Source of the DNA: Sphaerodactylus townsendi
Lineage: Eukaryota
DNA length: 64,000 nt
Assembly: GCF_021028975.2 (NCBI RefSeq)
Contig: NC_059427.1
Location: 17,360,001-17,424,000, forward strand
Reading direction: 5' to 3'
Shown here piece after piece: positions 10,797 to 22,540 of this stretch. A model generated the notes under the pieces. It did not search any database and was not told where the DNA came from. It was given only the letters and a program-made list of their open reading frames with translations. Position 1 is the stretch's first letter, and the number at the start of each line of letters is the position of its first letter. Made by a program: the position numbers and the translations under genes.

Positions 10797-13221
10797 ATGG
10801 ATCCTTTTCAGATCCCCGACAGGTCCGGTAAGATGCTTTTTCTATTCTTCTTATGGCAAAAGAGGGGTGGGTGGGTGTTGGAATATATATAATTTCCCAT
10901 ATTAGTTGCAGAGATTGAAGTGCTATCTGATGGGATCACCCAAAGCAGTCTTCAAAGTGGGACTCGGGGGTTAAACCAGCCAGGAGCTTTCCATGAGGGA
11001 GTATCTAGAAACTCCTATCCGTTAGAACCAGGTGGGTGTCAAAATGCTGGTAAGATTTTTTTAAACTATTTTGAAAGCCCATTTGTCTTCTATGCTGATT
11101 CTAAGCTGGAGTTAAAATATTCTACATACTGATTATAAGCAAGAGTTACAATACTCTATGCTTCAGCTGTCTTAGAAAAAAAAGTATACACTCCTGCTGT
11201 AATTTGGAAAAATGTAGCAAAAGTGGAATCTAGCAGTGTCTAACTCCACTCCACAGAGGGGGGGGGGGGAGAGAGAGAGAGAGTGCTGAATACACATGTT
11301 GTTCTACAGAGGGGGCAATGCATACCGGTAGGTGGTAATAAGTGTCTCTATTTTAAATTACTAGAAATTATCATCCAGAAGGTCAGACAGTCAGCATTTC
11401 CCCAAGATGCAGAGCCATCAACACATGCAGCTAACATGCTCAGTAAGTCCCCCCCCCCTTATAATTCTGAAATGTAACGAGTGCAGCAGCCCTGTAAAAA
11501 AATCAGCACATTATATAGCTAAATGGAGAAAGCGTTTCTTGGTGGTTTAGAATGTTTTTTAATGGATGTGTCTTGGGGAAGCCTCCGTGTGCCTTATTAA
11601 GGCTCCACCCTCCTTTTGCTGCAAAAACTAGCAAGCCCCCTGCTGGGGGAATCTCAGAGCTCGAACCTTTCTGTGGAGGGCAGGCTATGCATTAAAGGGG
11701 TTGTGGATGTGTCTTGGGAAGTCTCAGAGCTGTATATTTTACAATTATTAGAAGTGGTCATTAAAAACCCAGCCTTTCCTGGTACACCAGATATGTACAG
11801 GTCAAGAGTATGTGAGCAGCTTGGCCTAATAGGGCCACCACTGCTCTTGCTGCCCAAACTGTCATTCCCAATCAGCAACCTAAGGAAGCTGCTGGTAATT
11901 ATTCTACTATGTGTTCAAAGGCACTTTGGGTGGGCGGGTGCGTTTTAGAGCTTCTCGGTGGTTGCCAGGCATTCCTGGAGATTCCTGGAGAAGTGAATAG
12001 AATGTTTTGGGGAGCGGGCGGGTGCGTTTTAGAGCTTCTCAGTGGTTGCCAGGCATTCCTGGAGATTCCTGGAGAAGTGAATAGAATGTTTTGGGGAGAG
12101 GGCAGGTGCATTTTAGAGCTTCTTGGTGGTTGCCAGGCATTCCTGGAGATTCCTGGAGAAGTGAATAGAATGTTTTTATGTAAAGTTATCAGTATATGAG
12201 CATAATTTCTCTCTGCAGCTGCAAGTTTAAGCGATATGCTTCATGTTTTGATATGTTTTCCTATTTTGTCTTCTTTTTTCACATTATTTAAATTCTTGTT
12301 ATATTAAGGTTTGCTAACTGGGGTGCATAATTCATTTCATGCTTGTGTTTTCACCAATGCTGGCAGTTTTCTTTATGGGGTATTTTAGGTCTACAACATG
12401 TTAAAAATGTTGCGTGGATGTGTATATATAATTTTCTAACAAGGCCTGTGTTTATCCTGTTTTCAGATGCTGTATCTGATAGTAAAAGCAAGTTGAAGCG
12501 GACAAGGACCGATCAACAAGCAGCTGCTGGTGCTGGGGATGTAAAAGCCAAGAAGGCTCGTGTGGAGGACCCCACAAGGGAGATTCCTGATGCTGTGTTT
12601 CTTGAGACCTGTGCCAAGCTGCAACCCATTCTAGTAGCAAAACAAGAGAACGAAAAGATTATTGAAAAAGCAAAGGCTGCGATCAAAAGGCTGGAAGCCA
12701 GATCCCTCGAAGTGATGAGAAGCCATCTAGCGAATTACCTCGAAGTGATGAAAAGCCATCTAGCGAATAATAAAGCTGATAATGTTTATTTAGATTGCAC
12801 AGCTAATGTAACACAGGTGGGTGCAGGTTTGCCACAGAATGCCCCACATGCTGATCCTGCACAGAGTCCCAAAAGTCAGTCATCGGGGTCTGATGGAGAT
12901 GGGGATGGGGGGCCTGAATGCGGAGCAACTGAAGAAGAGGAGGAGGAGGAGGAGGAGGAGGAGGAGGAGGGTGGGGATGTTAATGCATCTCCCTTACAGG
13001 ATGAGGAACAACCAGAAGTCTTTGTGGAAAGGGTGAGAACGTGGGAAAGGCCCTATGAAAATTTTAGAAGCCTATTGGTTAGTGAGGCATTCCGCTTGTT
13101 AATTTAGACAGGTTAACATCGTTGAGCCACGCTCTTGAAGCGCTTTCAAGAGGTGTTCAAACCGTTGTGAATGATATTAGCGGGAGAATTGAACCTGATG
13201 ATTTTGTACAGTTACGATTGG
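10797..13221 (+). pseudogene. 5' part of Maverick protein-primed DNA polymerase B gene (predicted exons 10797-10827, 10912-11049, 11365-11442, 12467-13221)
   Basis: Restoring one missing T near 13097 gives VFVERVRTWERPYENFRSLLVSEAFRFVNLDRLTSLSHALEALSRGVQTVVNDISGRIEPDDFVQLRL, resembling the N-terminal region of vertebrate Maverick pPolB (DFVQLRL). Upstream GT-AG exons all join in phase 1. Confidence 0.6.
11925..12176. repeat. Tandem repeat, 84-bp unit x3
   Basis: gtgcgttttagagcttctc...ggagaagtgaatagaatgtttt starts at 11938, 12022 and 12106. Confidence 0.95.
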
Positions 13222-13533
13222 GATGAAAAGGGGATATTCGTTTACGAAGGAAAGCCCGTACCCGGGACCCATATATTGGACCTCATCAGAAGCGTTACAC
13301 AAGCACACGCCCCGACTTCTGCACGGCTCCCTAAAGGCTACGAGATGTTCATCGGTACATTGGCAGAACTAAACACACCCTCATCTGTAGCGGGCAGCAA
13401 AGCAACTAGAAAGCTGCTAGAAGATTTGAAAAGCTTTTCGCCACCACCCTCTGCCAAGAGAACGCCCGTCCAATCTTCCAAGAAAAAGAAGACGCACCTC
13501 TTTTGGCCCCTTCTAAAAGGAAAGCTGGGCTAA
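13219..13533 (+). pseudogene. 3' half of conserved Maverick gene (PW-like, WDxKG...G..I.DL motif)
   Basis: WDEKGIFVYEGKPVPGTHILDLIRSVTQ...PKGYEMFIGTLAELNTPSSVAG matches the pattern of a conserved Polinton protein; AATAAA at 13558-13563. Confidence 0.7.
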
Positions 13534-13650
13534 CCCTTGGAAAATGGTTAACGGAATAATAAATTATTTTTAAAATTGGTACAGTGTCCTGGCTCTAATT
13601 TTACAAATGAGGCACGTGATAGCGCTTTTTTTTTTCCAAAGAGGGTTTTA

Positions 13651-14180
13651 CTAGGGTGCACAGGAAACACAGGATTGTACAGGTCATAATCTGGTCTGTA
13701 AAGTTTTTGATCCCCTTCCAATTTTGTTCACAAAAGTCCTGACCATTCTGTCATTTTGCACAAGATCTGCTGAATACGTCTTCACAATCAAATCAAATGG
13801 CAGCCCCTTGCAGCGGTTGTACAGGAAGAACAGGCAGTGATGTCCGCAAGTAGTTGACGCGGGTCCCTGGAGTTTCTTCTGGTGAAAATAGATATCCTTA
13901 GAGTTTTTCTTTAAAAAAATCCATCACGGATTTTGGGGGTAGAGTAGACTGTAAGGTGGGTTTGCATAAGAGTAAAAAAATTCTACACGCTCATGATCGG
14001 GAAGGTGAATAGCCAACCAGTGCTCACCGGGGAAACTTGGAGGATCGGTGTTCACCACTAGACACGCTGGCCTCTGAGCCACTTTTTAGTCGGTAGCTGA
14101 TCGCTGGCGAAAACTCCCAAGAAACTTTTCCTGGTCATGCGGTTGTTTAACAATGCCCGCGATAGCTGCACAGTATCCAT
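13651..14180 (-). pseudogene. Maverick adenain-like cysteine protease (PRO), frameshifted
   Basis: MDTVQLSRAL...FLGVFASDQLP / PACLVVNTDPPSFPGEHWLAIHL...VEFFYSY / KKLQGPASTTCGHHCLFFLYNRCKG...NDRMVRTFV. Catalytic His, Gln and Cys are present; the Asp of FDSY is changed to Tyr; at least 2 frameshifts. Confidence 0.9.
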
Positions 14181-14181
14181 T

Positions 14182-14268
14182 CTACGCGTGGTCAAACAGC
14201 ACATTGCGGCTTTGATTGATTTCTATCACAGAATCAAACGCCGCGTACACAACCAGGTTGACTGGATA
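14182..14268 (-). pseudogene. C-terminal fragment of Maverick major capsid protein (double jelly-roll)
   Basis: YPVNLVVYAAFDSVIEINQSRNVLFDHA* matches the Polinton MCP C-terminal pattern (VIVYAEFDNVIEIDxNRNVLFDY); its stop lies 1 nt before the protease ATG. Confidence 0.85.
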
Positions 14269-14389
14269 ATAGGAAATGCTTGGCAAGAATACAAAGAAGA
14301 ACAAGTCGCTGCTTTGTGATACGAATGCTTAATCCAGATGTGGCTGTAACAGCATGTATCTTGCATGCATAAACTCAGTACACTCAGAT

Positions 14390-15590
14390 GAATGTAAGAA
14401 ATGCTCCCGTTGAGACCAATGGTCCACCTCGTTCGGCATTCTCTGAAGCTGCTTCCTAGAACTAGATTTCAGAAGCTTACATGCTTTTTCTGTAGTCTTT
14501 ATGGCTCATGGTTGGTAATGTTTGGTAGATTTATCTGCCATGAGGCTATAACCCCCTTTTGAAGCCATCTATGCTTGCAGCCATCACAATGCCCGCTGGC
14601 AGTGAATTCCTCAATTAAATTGCTCATTGAGTATCCAAGCGTTTCGTCTTGTCGATCCTGACCCTATTGCCCATCAAGTTTATTGGCTCGCCTCAAGCTC
14701 TTATATTATGGGAGCAGGAGAAAAAAATATTCACTCTTTCAACTTTCTCTGCCCCTTGTATAATTGTACATATCTGTAACACGTCTTCACTTAGCTGTCT
14801 TTTTTCTAAACTGAAAAGTCCCTATCCTAGTGATGGCGAACCTATGGCACGGGTGCCAGAGGTGGCACTCGGAGCCCTCTGTGGGCACACGCACAGAGTT
14901 CGTCATGTGGGGGGCAGAAAATCACCCCCCCACACACACACACACATCTAGGCTGGCCTGGGCCACTGAGCACAACGTGCGCGCACTGCAGTGATCAGGG
15001 AGGACTTGGCTGGCGAGCCTGGTGCCTATGCTCCAAGTAGCTGCTGCCCGAGGGGGGCGGGGGGGGGGGGCGCAGAGAAGGCAGAGATGCTAGAGAGGCA
15101 CAGAGCGGTGCACATGAGACTTGCTGGAGGCTTGAGCAGACTGGCCCCTGCTCGAGCGGGTGGGGCACAGGAAGAGGGAGCCAGCCGTTTTTTTCTAAAC
15201 TAAAACCTCAGCATTCAGGTTAAATTGCCGGGTTGGCACTTTGCGATACATAAGTGGGGTTTGGGTTGCAATTTAGGCACTCGGTCTCAAAAAGGTTCGC
15301 CATCACTGCCCTATCCTCATGAAAAAGACAGGGTCAGCCCCTTTATCACCTTTGTTGCCTGCTTCTGCACTTTTTCCCGCTCTGCAATCTCTTTTTTTTC
15401 TTTCAAATTTGGTGACCAGAATTGTACGCAGCATTGCACATCAGATTACACCACAGATTTTAATATGGGCTGTTTTATTCTCAGTTATTTTCCAAATATG
15501 TATTACTTTTCCCCTTTACGGCAGCACACTGAATTGACATTTTCCTCAAGCTGTCCACGACAAGCCCCAAGATACTCCAGGTTGTTTTAA
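14390..15590 (-). mobile_element. Degraded CR1-type LINE 3' fragment interrupted by a hAT MITE
   Basis: ctttttttctaaactgaaaagtcc, gcttctgcactttttcc, ggtgaccagaattgtacgcag resemble the better CR1 copy at 21473-22540. Confidence 0.55.
14828..15308. mobile_element. Non-autonomous hAT DNA transposon
   Basis: TIR tagtgatggcgaacc/ggttcgccatcactg; TSD CCCTATCC. Confidence 0.9.
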
Positions 15591-16030
15591 TACCAAATGT
15601 AGCAAGTCAAATATACCCGAAAGGAAGACTGATTTTCCCCGTCAAAGTTATTAATTCCCATAAACAGTTATATACAATATATATTTTTTAAAAAAATGGC
15701 ATCTAACCATTTTTTAAAGAGGTTGTCTTACATGCAGGGATATCATCCTTCCAGGTAAATTTGGTAGGATACTTTCACCCCTGAGTACAGCTGTTCTTCT
15801 TTGATAGGATTAACACAGACCCAGCAACAAGGATCATGTTCATTTTGTGATGATCACCTGGGATTTATGGAAATAACTGTGGGTCCAAATACTTACAAAG
15901 GTTTTCAGACGCAGTGAAAACAAATGCTACTTTCATCAGCATCAAGCTTCCTGTTCCCTGAGCCTCAGTCTGAACCGTGTATCCAATCTTAAGCAAAAGT
16001 CGTTACCATCCCCAGAAACTGAATCTGGAG

Positions 16031-16495
16031 TTTATTTATTAACATTCTACATCTTACGTTTCTATCTCCAAAGAGGATTCGAGGGGGCTTACATATGCTC
16101 CCCGCTGAACCCCCCAACAATACAAAAGCAGTATTAAAGATAAAAACATTAAAACCAATTACCAGCACGATGGCATAAAACCTGCATAAAAACATACAAG
16201 AGCAAACCTGCGTGTCGTACCCAGTCGAGGCCATGGGACAATATTAAAAAAAGGGGTACCCAGCTGGCCTGGCATAAAAAGCCCGGCAGAACAACTCTGT
16301 TTTACAGGCCATGTGGAACTGAGACAGACTCCACAGGGCCTGGATGTCCTCAGGGAGTACGTTCCACCAGGCCGGAGCCAGGGCCGTAAAAGCCCTGGTC
16401 CGTGTCGATGCCAGCCAGACATCCTTGGGGCCGGGGACCACCAACAGATTCACCTCTGCAGAGCAGAGGGGTCTTTGAGAGCAATAAGGGAAGAG
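16031..16495 (-). mobile_element. LINE (L2-like) 3' fragment
   Basis: Minus-strand translation ...TRTRAFTALAPAWWNVLPEDIQAL...CKTELF typical of an L2/CR1-clade ORF2 C-terminus; (TAAA) tail at about 16031-16040. Confidence 0.7.
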
Positions 16496-16509
16496 TTGAA
16501 GGGGCAGCT

Positions 16510-18251
16510 TCAGGGGCTCATTTTTCTCTTGACCTCCAGTGATGGCCACAGTCCGGCTATGACATTAGCCTGCACACCTTTTCTAACCACCTTGGCTCCA
16601 ATAGCCCTGATATCATTGTAATGCTGCAACATCTGGGCCTTGGTATTCCTGGATGTGAACTCCAAATCTGAGATTCGATGCTCAGCATCATCAGTGCAGC
16701 CAAAAAGGTTCCCCAGGGTATTCTGGATGCTAGCCATCATGGGGTGCATCCAGAACAACTCCGACTTAATTTGCTCCATGTCTGTAAGCAGCTGCTTCAC
16801 CATCTCCATTAACTCAGCAGCCGTTTTGTCTGGAAGTAAAGGAGATGGAGCTCTTTGCCCAGGTTTTGCTTCCCTGGAATCTGTGGAGGAAGCCGCCTCT
16901 GAGGTTTCTATGTGTGTCTCTGTTTCCATTTGGAGAGTTTCATGGGACTGGGTATTTATATTTATAGAACCATGTTTCCAGAGTGCCCCCAGTCCTGTCT
17001 GCAGCTTAGGTAACCTGCCCCTCAATTTTCTGGAGGCCCACCAGTTCTTCAAATTCAGATGTTTTTGTAGCTTCCCTCCTGGGTGCAGTCTCTGATGTTT
17101 CCTCAGGACAGATCCAGCAGACATGTTTCTCCTACTACATTTTCTTTTTCTGTCGGATTTTCTGTGTTTTATCAAAACAGACACACTGTCAGAATTTTCC
17201 CCAGAATCAGAGCAGTTGGTCTGTGTGGTAGAAGCTGAACTTGGAATGAACAGTTTCTTAAGACTGGAGCCTTCAGGCAAATTTTCTCCCTGACCATTTT
17301 TTTGAATATTGTGGTATTCTGAAGATTTCTCAGGTTCGGGGCCTGTAAGCTGGGGATCTGGTGTTGGCTGAGCATCAAATAAAAGAATGCCTGTAGTTAG
17401 TTCCAGCAAACCATTGCCAGACAGAACAGATTCCTCTTCTCCTCCTTCCTTCCCTGGGATACTGATCTGCTCGCTGTCCAGAATTATGGTCTTCTGACTA
17501 TTTAGTGCTGCAGTCCCATTCACACCTATTTGGGAGTAAGTGCTATTCAGGTCATTGAGTGAATAAATATTTATAGGCTTCAGCTGCGAGTTTTTCTCAG
17601 CACCCTGGGAAATATCTTCCACTGATATAAACAATGTTTCCTCAGGTAGGGCCACACATTCAAAGTCATCCTCTGTGTAGATATTCTGTTCATGAGGAAG
17701 TGTTATGGATTCACCCTGGTCCTCACCATCAACAGCTATGCATGGAGTCTCTCGACCTGGCCTACTATCCCGATGGTCCCTCAAATCTTCCCTGAAAGGA
17801 ATAAAATTCTCTTCCATTCTAGGGTTGTTTGACTGCTGCCTCTCCAATTCCTTCTGGTCCTCCTTCATTAAATTTTCCGCAGGATCCTGAGGGATTTTTC
17901 TCTCTGAGGATTCCTGTAGCTCCCCAGATAATATTGCGGGTTCAGGATCTTCCTCTCTGTGGCTTTTCCTGCTACCAACAAGTGAGGAGGGTTCGTCTTC
18001 TTTTCCACAACCACTATACACACACCTGGTCTCCAGATCTAATTCCGCATCTCTGGTTGTTTCCTTCAAATCGCTAACATCTTTTTCCTCTGAACTGCTT
18101 TCTGGTTGCCTTTCCAGAGGGTTCTCCTTAAATGAGTTTTCCTTGAAGCCCCAGGATATTTCCTTGTTGGATATTTCCAGCAATTCTGCCATAGGTTCAG
18201 GAGTTTCCTGCTGGGAGTCTTCCTCTCCTTTGCTGCCCATCTCCACACCTG
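16510..18251 (-). CDS. Last exon of FLYWCH-SCAN-KRAB gene: acidic low-complexity region, degenerate C2H2 relics, C-terminal coiled coil
   Basis: 1.74-kb open exon; NAGNAG acceptor ttcagcag in phase 1 matches the KRAB exon; relic fingers CSDSGENSDSVSVLIKHRKS and SVLRKHQRLHPGGK. Confidence 0.8.
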
Positions 18252-18390
18252 CTGAACCAAAGGGGAGGGGGGTCATTCTCTAAGTCAACAAAGTTAACTT
18301 TGCACACATGTAATAAAGCCTTTCCTTTACTAATAAGACCATTTAGCACTATTTAGTAACTGTATACATATCTTCATTAGATGCCTTAGA

Positions 18391-18520
18391 CCCGTGGTGG
18401 CGAACCTTTTGGCACTCCAGATGTTATGGACTACAATTCCCATCAGCCCCTGCCAGCATGGCCAATTGGCTATGCTGGCAGGGGTTGATATGAAATTGGT
18501 AATCCATCAACATCTGGAAT
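18391..18520. mobile_element. Palindromic hAT-type MITE (degraded)
   Basis: gtggtggcgaaccttttggcactccagatgttatggactacaattcccatcagcccc family. Confidence 0.75.
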
Positions 18521-18723
18521 ATAAAGACCACTCCCTCATATAACTTAGACAATGAACAATATGTTTATAAAAACAAAACCACCCACTAGACTTAGCATGT
18601 GCTTCATTGTATTGGGATTTACCTCTTATTTTTGTTATTCTATTCTATGTAGGTAACTGTACTATGTCTATTTGTTGTACACCGCCCGGAGCCCCTTGGG
18701 ATAGGGCGGTATAAAAATCCAAA

Positions 18724-18780
18724 GAATGAATGAATGAATGAATGAATGAATGAATGAATGAATGAATGAATGAATGAATG
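18724..18780. repeat. (GAAT)n microsatellite
   Basis: Direct reading. Confidence 0.95.
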
Positions 18781-20514
18781 ACTAACTCACTCTTGAAGTT
18801 TATCCTTACAATATGCCTGTGAGGTAGGCTAGCCAAGAGGATGACCAGCCAAAGGTCAACCAATGACCTCCATGTCAAGTGTGTGTGTGTGGATTTTCTT
18901 TCATGGAATTCCAAGTGGTTTACCTCTTTAACCTCTATTTAAATGACACTGTTTTTCCTGGTGAATCTTTCAACTCTCTGCACCTATCCAGCAGATCTAT
19001 CTCAGATTCGTTCGATGCAAACAATGCTGTGCTGTTATCTTGGAGTGGGTTAAGGCGACTGCTGAATGCTTTTGCACATTATTGTTCAAACAAGTCCTTG
19101 GATATCTATTACCAAAAGACCAAAGTTGTTTTTTTTTTGCAAAGGTGCCCCATCACATCATTTACCTTGGCTCATAATGGCTAGCTGATTGAGTAGGTGA
19201 ACACCTTTTCGCTGTCTTGGCTTCATTTCTTATAATCTGTCCTGAACAAGGTCTGCTACTAAAAAGTCAGCATCAATGCACTGTTCAGCCCTCCTGAAAT
19301 TCTTTCAGACCTCAGGCAGTGACTGCCTGTTGCTTTTGGTGTCTTTAAGGCTAAGATAATTCCTATTCTATTATATGGAGTATCAGTGACCATTGCTGAG
19401 GTCAATGGAAGGTATGACTCACGCTTAAAACCCTTCCTACATTCGCTGTCAAACATCCCTAAGTGTGTACCTGGCCCAGCTATTTTTCTAGAATTTGCTG
19501 AACCATCACTGGAGGCTAAGGCCTGGATAGCAATACGTTCTTTTATATTAAACAGCTGCCATTCATCAGACTGTTGCCTATCCATACTACCTGGCCAAAG
19601 ATGGCTTTTAAAGTCAATATTGAAAACTCTACCTGCATGTTGTAAGTTTCTACCGGCTCCCAAATATAGAATACTATTTCTAAGACATGGCGATATGGGT
19701 GGGGTTGAGGGTGCTTGGAGGCAGCAGGAAATCTTGCTGCCTCGCCGTTTTGGTGCGCCTCGACCCCGTCACTGACATGGGTGGGGCCAGGGGTTCTCGA
19801 AGACAATGAGGCAGCAGGACTTGAGAGACAACTTGGAGACAATGAGGCACCATGTCAGTGATACATGGACGGGATCAAGGCATGCGAAAACGATGAGGCA
19901 GCAGGACTTCCTGGTCACGTGGGGGGCGATTTTGCACCCCCCACGTGACCAGAAGAGTGGCATCCGGGGACAAGGGGTACCCTTGACTTTTAATGTCATT
20001 ATTTTCTAGATTTTAATTGTATAATCCCGCATATTAATAATTGTACATAAGCTTTATAAAACTGTAAATGTAAATCCTTTATTGAACTGTGTAGAGATGA
20101 GATTTTACGTTGTTTATAAATGAACCTTTCTCCTTTTGCTCGTGACTTGCTGATCTATTAGCATAAAAGAAATAGAGGTTTAATTCTATATTATTTACCA
20201 GATTATGTTATTTAGCTTCATGCCCTGAAAAACTTCCCCTGCCCGTTTCTACACAACAAGACCCTTTAAAGGAACAGGACATCATTCCCCCCCCCCCCCC
20301 CCGCCCTGCTGTCAGCCCTCTTATAGCACCCATCCATTCATCAATGATCTGGAGTGGGCAGCTTGCCAGCTGAAAGGGCTTGATAGGTCCTGAAAGATTG
20401 GGACACCATCTCTTGACCTATCTGCAAAGAATCCTGATAAAATGAGTGCACACTATTTTTTCAATGCCTTAGAGCCCAGAGCAGGATTTTCTAGGAACCA
20501 AGAAGGACCCGTAC

Positions 20515-20641
20515 TCAGCCAAGCCACGTTATCATAATTCTGTTGCATCACACTCCAGTACAGAGTTTTTTCCTCCAGGTTCAGCAAAGCCCATTCCTCC
20601 TCCAAGAAACGTATAGACACATCTTCAAAGGTGATTGAGTC
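20515..20641 (-). CDS. KRAB-A exon of FLYWCH-SCAN-KRAB gene
   Basis: [42 protein letters not shown]; canonical 127-nt exon, phase 0 in and phase 1 out, AG/GT flanks. Confidence 0.93.
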
Positions 20642-21472
20642 CTGAAACAACCAGAAGGAAGTTGCATTAACACATTTGGAGGTGTAATTTCCAAGCAAAT
20701 CTCAGGTCAGCGATGGATCAGTTGTACAGTTTTGGGCAAATCCACTGTCCTTCAGCCTCAGTTTCCAATCTGATAAATGGGTATAATTAAGGCACCATGC
20801 ACACACCCCCTGTAGAGAGAGATTAAAATAGTGGCTGCCCTTCTTAGCCTGACCCAAAGAAGGTGAATATAAAAGTACACATTTTAAAGCAAAAATCTGT
20901 AATCAACCCCACACAATTATCAGTAATTCTATTGCCATCTAGACATTAGTGCTAGACAATAAGACTAGACCTTCTACACTACTGTTACCAGTGACAGAGA
21001 ACAGATGGAACGCATGTCTGGTGGGGCCCACTAATTCAGCTTTAAGAACAGATTGGACAGAGATTTCTGGTCAGGGCCCAGATTGCGGAGACCTGAAAAA
21101 CACCTCTATGCTGCCTTGAGTTTCACACTGACAAAAAAAAGTGGGATATAAAGGGTAAATAAGTATGGAAGTGAGGTCAAATAAATAGCATTCTAGTGAA
21201 TGATGCAAGTGGGCTATGAATAAAAGTGTGAAGTTTGTGCAGGAAGGAGCCTTGGGCAGGACACCACACTCGGTGCAAAGCTTCCTGCTCAGGCTGGTCT
21301 CCAGAAGTGCCTCTAAGAAATGCATGACAAACAAGTGAAGCTCTTCCCACCCTCAAAAGCTCCATCTGTGGCCTCTTCCATGAGTTGTTTACAAGGACTC
21401 TTGCCACCATATGCTCTTTTCCTTTGAACTTTGCATGTTTTTTTTTTCCTCCGTTTGGTTCTGGAAACATTT

Positions 21473-22540
21473 AAGAACATAAGAACCAGCCTGCTGGATC
21501 AGACCAGAGCCCAGCACTCTGCTACTCACAGTGGCCCACCAGGTGCCTTTGGGAGCTCACATGCAGGATGTGAAAGCAATGGCCTTCTGCTGCTGCTGCT
21601 CCTGAGCACCTGGTCTGCTAAGGCATTTGCAATCTGAGATCAAGGAGGATCAAGATTGGTAGCCATAGATCGACTTCTCCTCCATAAATCTGTCCAAGCC
21701 CTTTTTAAAGCTATCCAGGTTAGTGGCCATCACCACCTCCTGTGGCAGCATATTCCAAACACCAATCACACGTTGTGTGGCGAAGAGTGCTTTCCTTTAT
21801 TGAATCCTAATTCTTCCCCCCAGCATTTTTATGAATGCCCCCTGGTTCTAGTATTGTGAGGAAGAGAGAAAAATTTATTCCTGTCACCATCTTCTACCCC
21901 ATGTATAATTTTATATACTTCAATCATTATCCCCCCCTCAGGCGTCTCCTCACCAAACTAAAGAGCCCCAAATGCCTTTGCAGCCTCTCCTCATAAGGAA
22001 GGTGCTCCAATCCTTCAATCATCCCTCGTTGCCCCTTCTCTGCACTTTTTTTAATCTCTTGACGATATCCTTTTTTGAGATGTGGCAACCAGAACTGAAC
22101 TTACTGATTACTCCAAAGATGCGGAATTAAGCACCGTATGTTTTTTATATAAGGGCATGACAATCCCTTGCAGTTTTGTTTATCCAAGCTCCTTTCCTAA
22201 TTATCCCCAGCATAGAAGTTTGCCTTTTTTTCACAGCTGCCATGCATTGAGTTGACATTTCCCAGGGAACTATCAACTAAGGCAGCCCAAATCCCTTTTC
22301 CCTGGCCTGTGACTGATAGCTACTGACCCTGTAAGTATTGTATGTGAAGTTTGGATTTTTTGCCCCTATGTGCATCACTTTACATTTTGCTACATTGAAC
22401 TGCATTTGCCATTTCTTAGCCCACTCACCTAATTTATCAAGGTCCGCTTGGAGCTCTTCGCAATCCTTTGTGGTTCTCACCACACTACATAATTTGGTAT
22501 CATCTGCAAACTTGGCCACCACACTACCCACCCCTACTTC
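21473..22540 (-). mobile_element. CR1 LINE 3' fragment (RT C-terminus and 3' UTR)
   Basis: VAKFADDTKL...LQADLDKLGEWAKKWQMQFNVAKCKVMHIG; aagaacataagaac terminal repeat. Confidence 0.9.

Larger units (their letters stand above)
7757..14270 (+). mobile_element. Internally deleted, right-truncated Maverick/Polinton (endogenous adintovirus-like) remnant
   Basis: Adenain protease and major capsid C-terminus on the minus strand converge on a pPolB N-terminus and a WDxKG-motif gene on the plus strand. The left boundary is tentative (GGTAGT resembling the AGTAGT terminus, followed by hairpin-rich sequence). Confidence 0.8.

Noticed and set aside
11925-12176. CRISPR-like array
   Set aside because: Units are near-identical over their whole length with no unique spacers; eukaryotic context
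14137-14319. 60-aa plus-strand ORF
   Set aside because: Antisense shadow of the capsid/protease junction
21780-22340. Unusually indel-rich stretch in CR1
   Set aside because: Pattern of small homopolymer indels suggests low-quality consensus rather than biology
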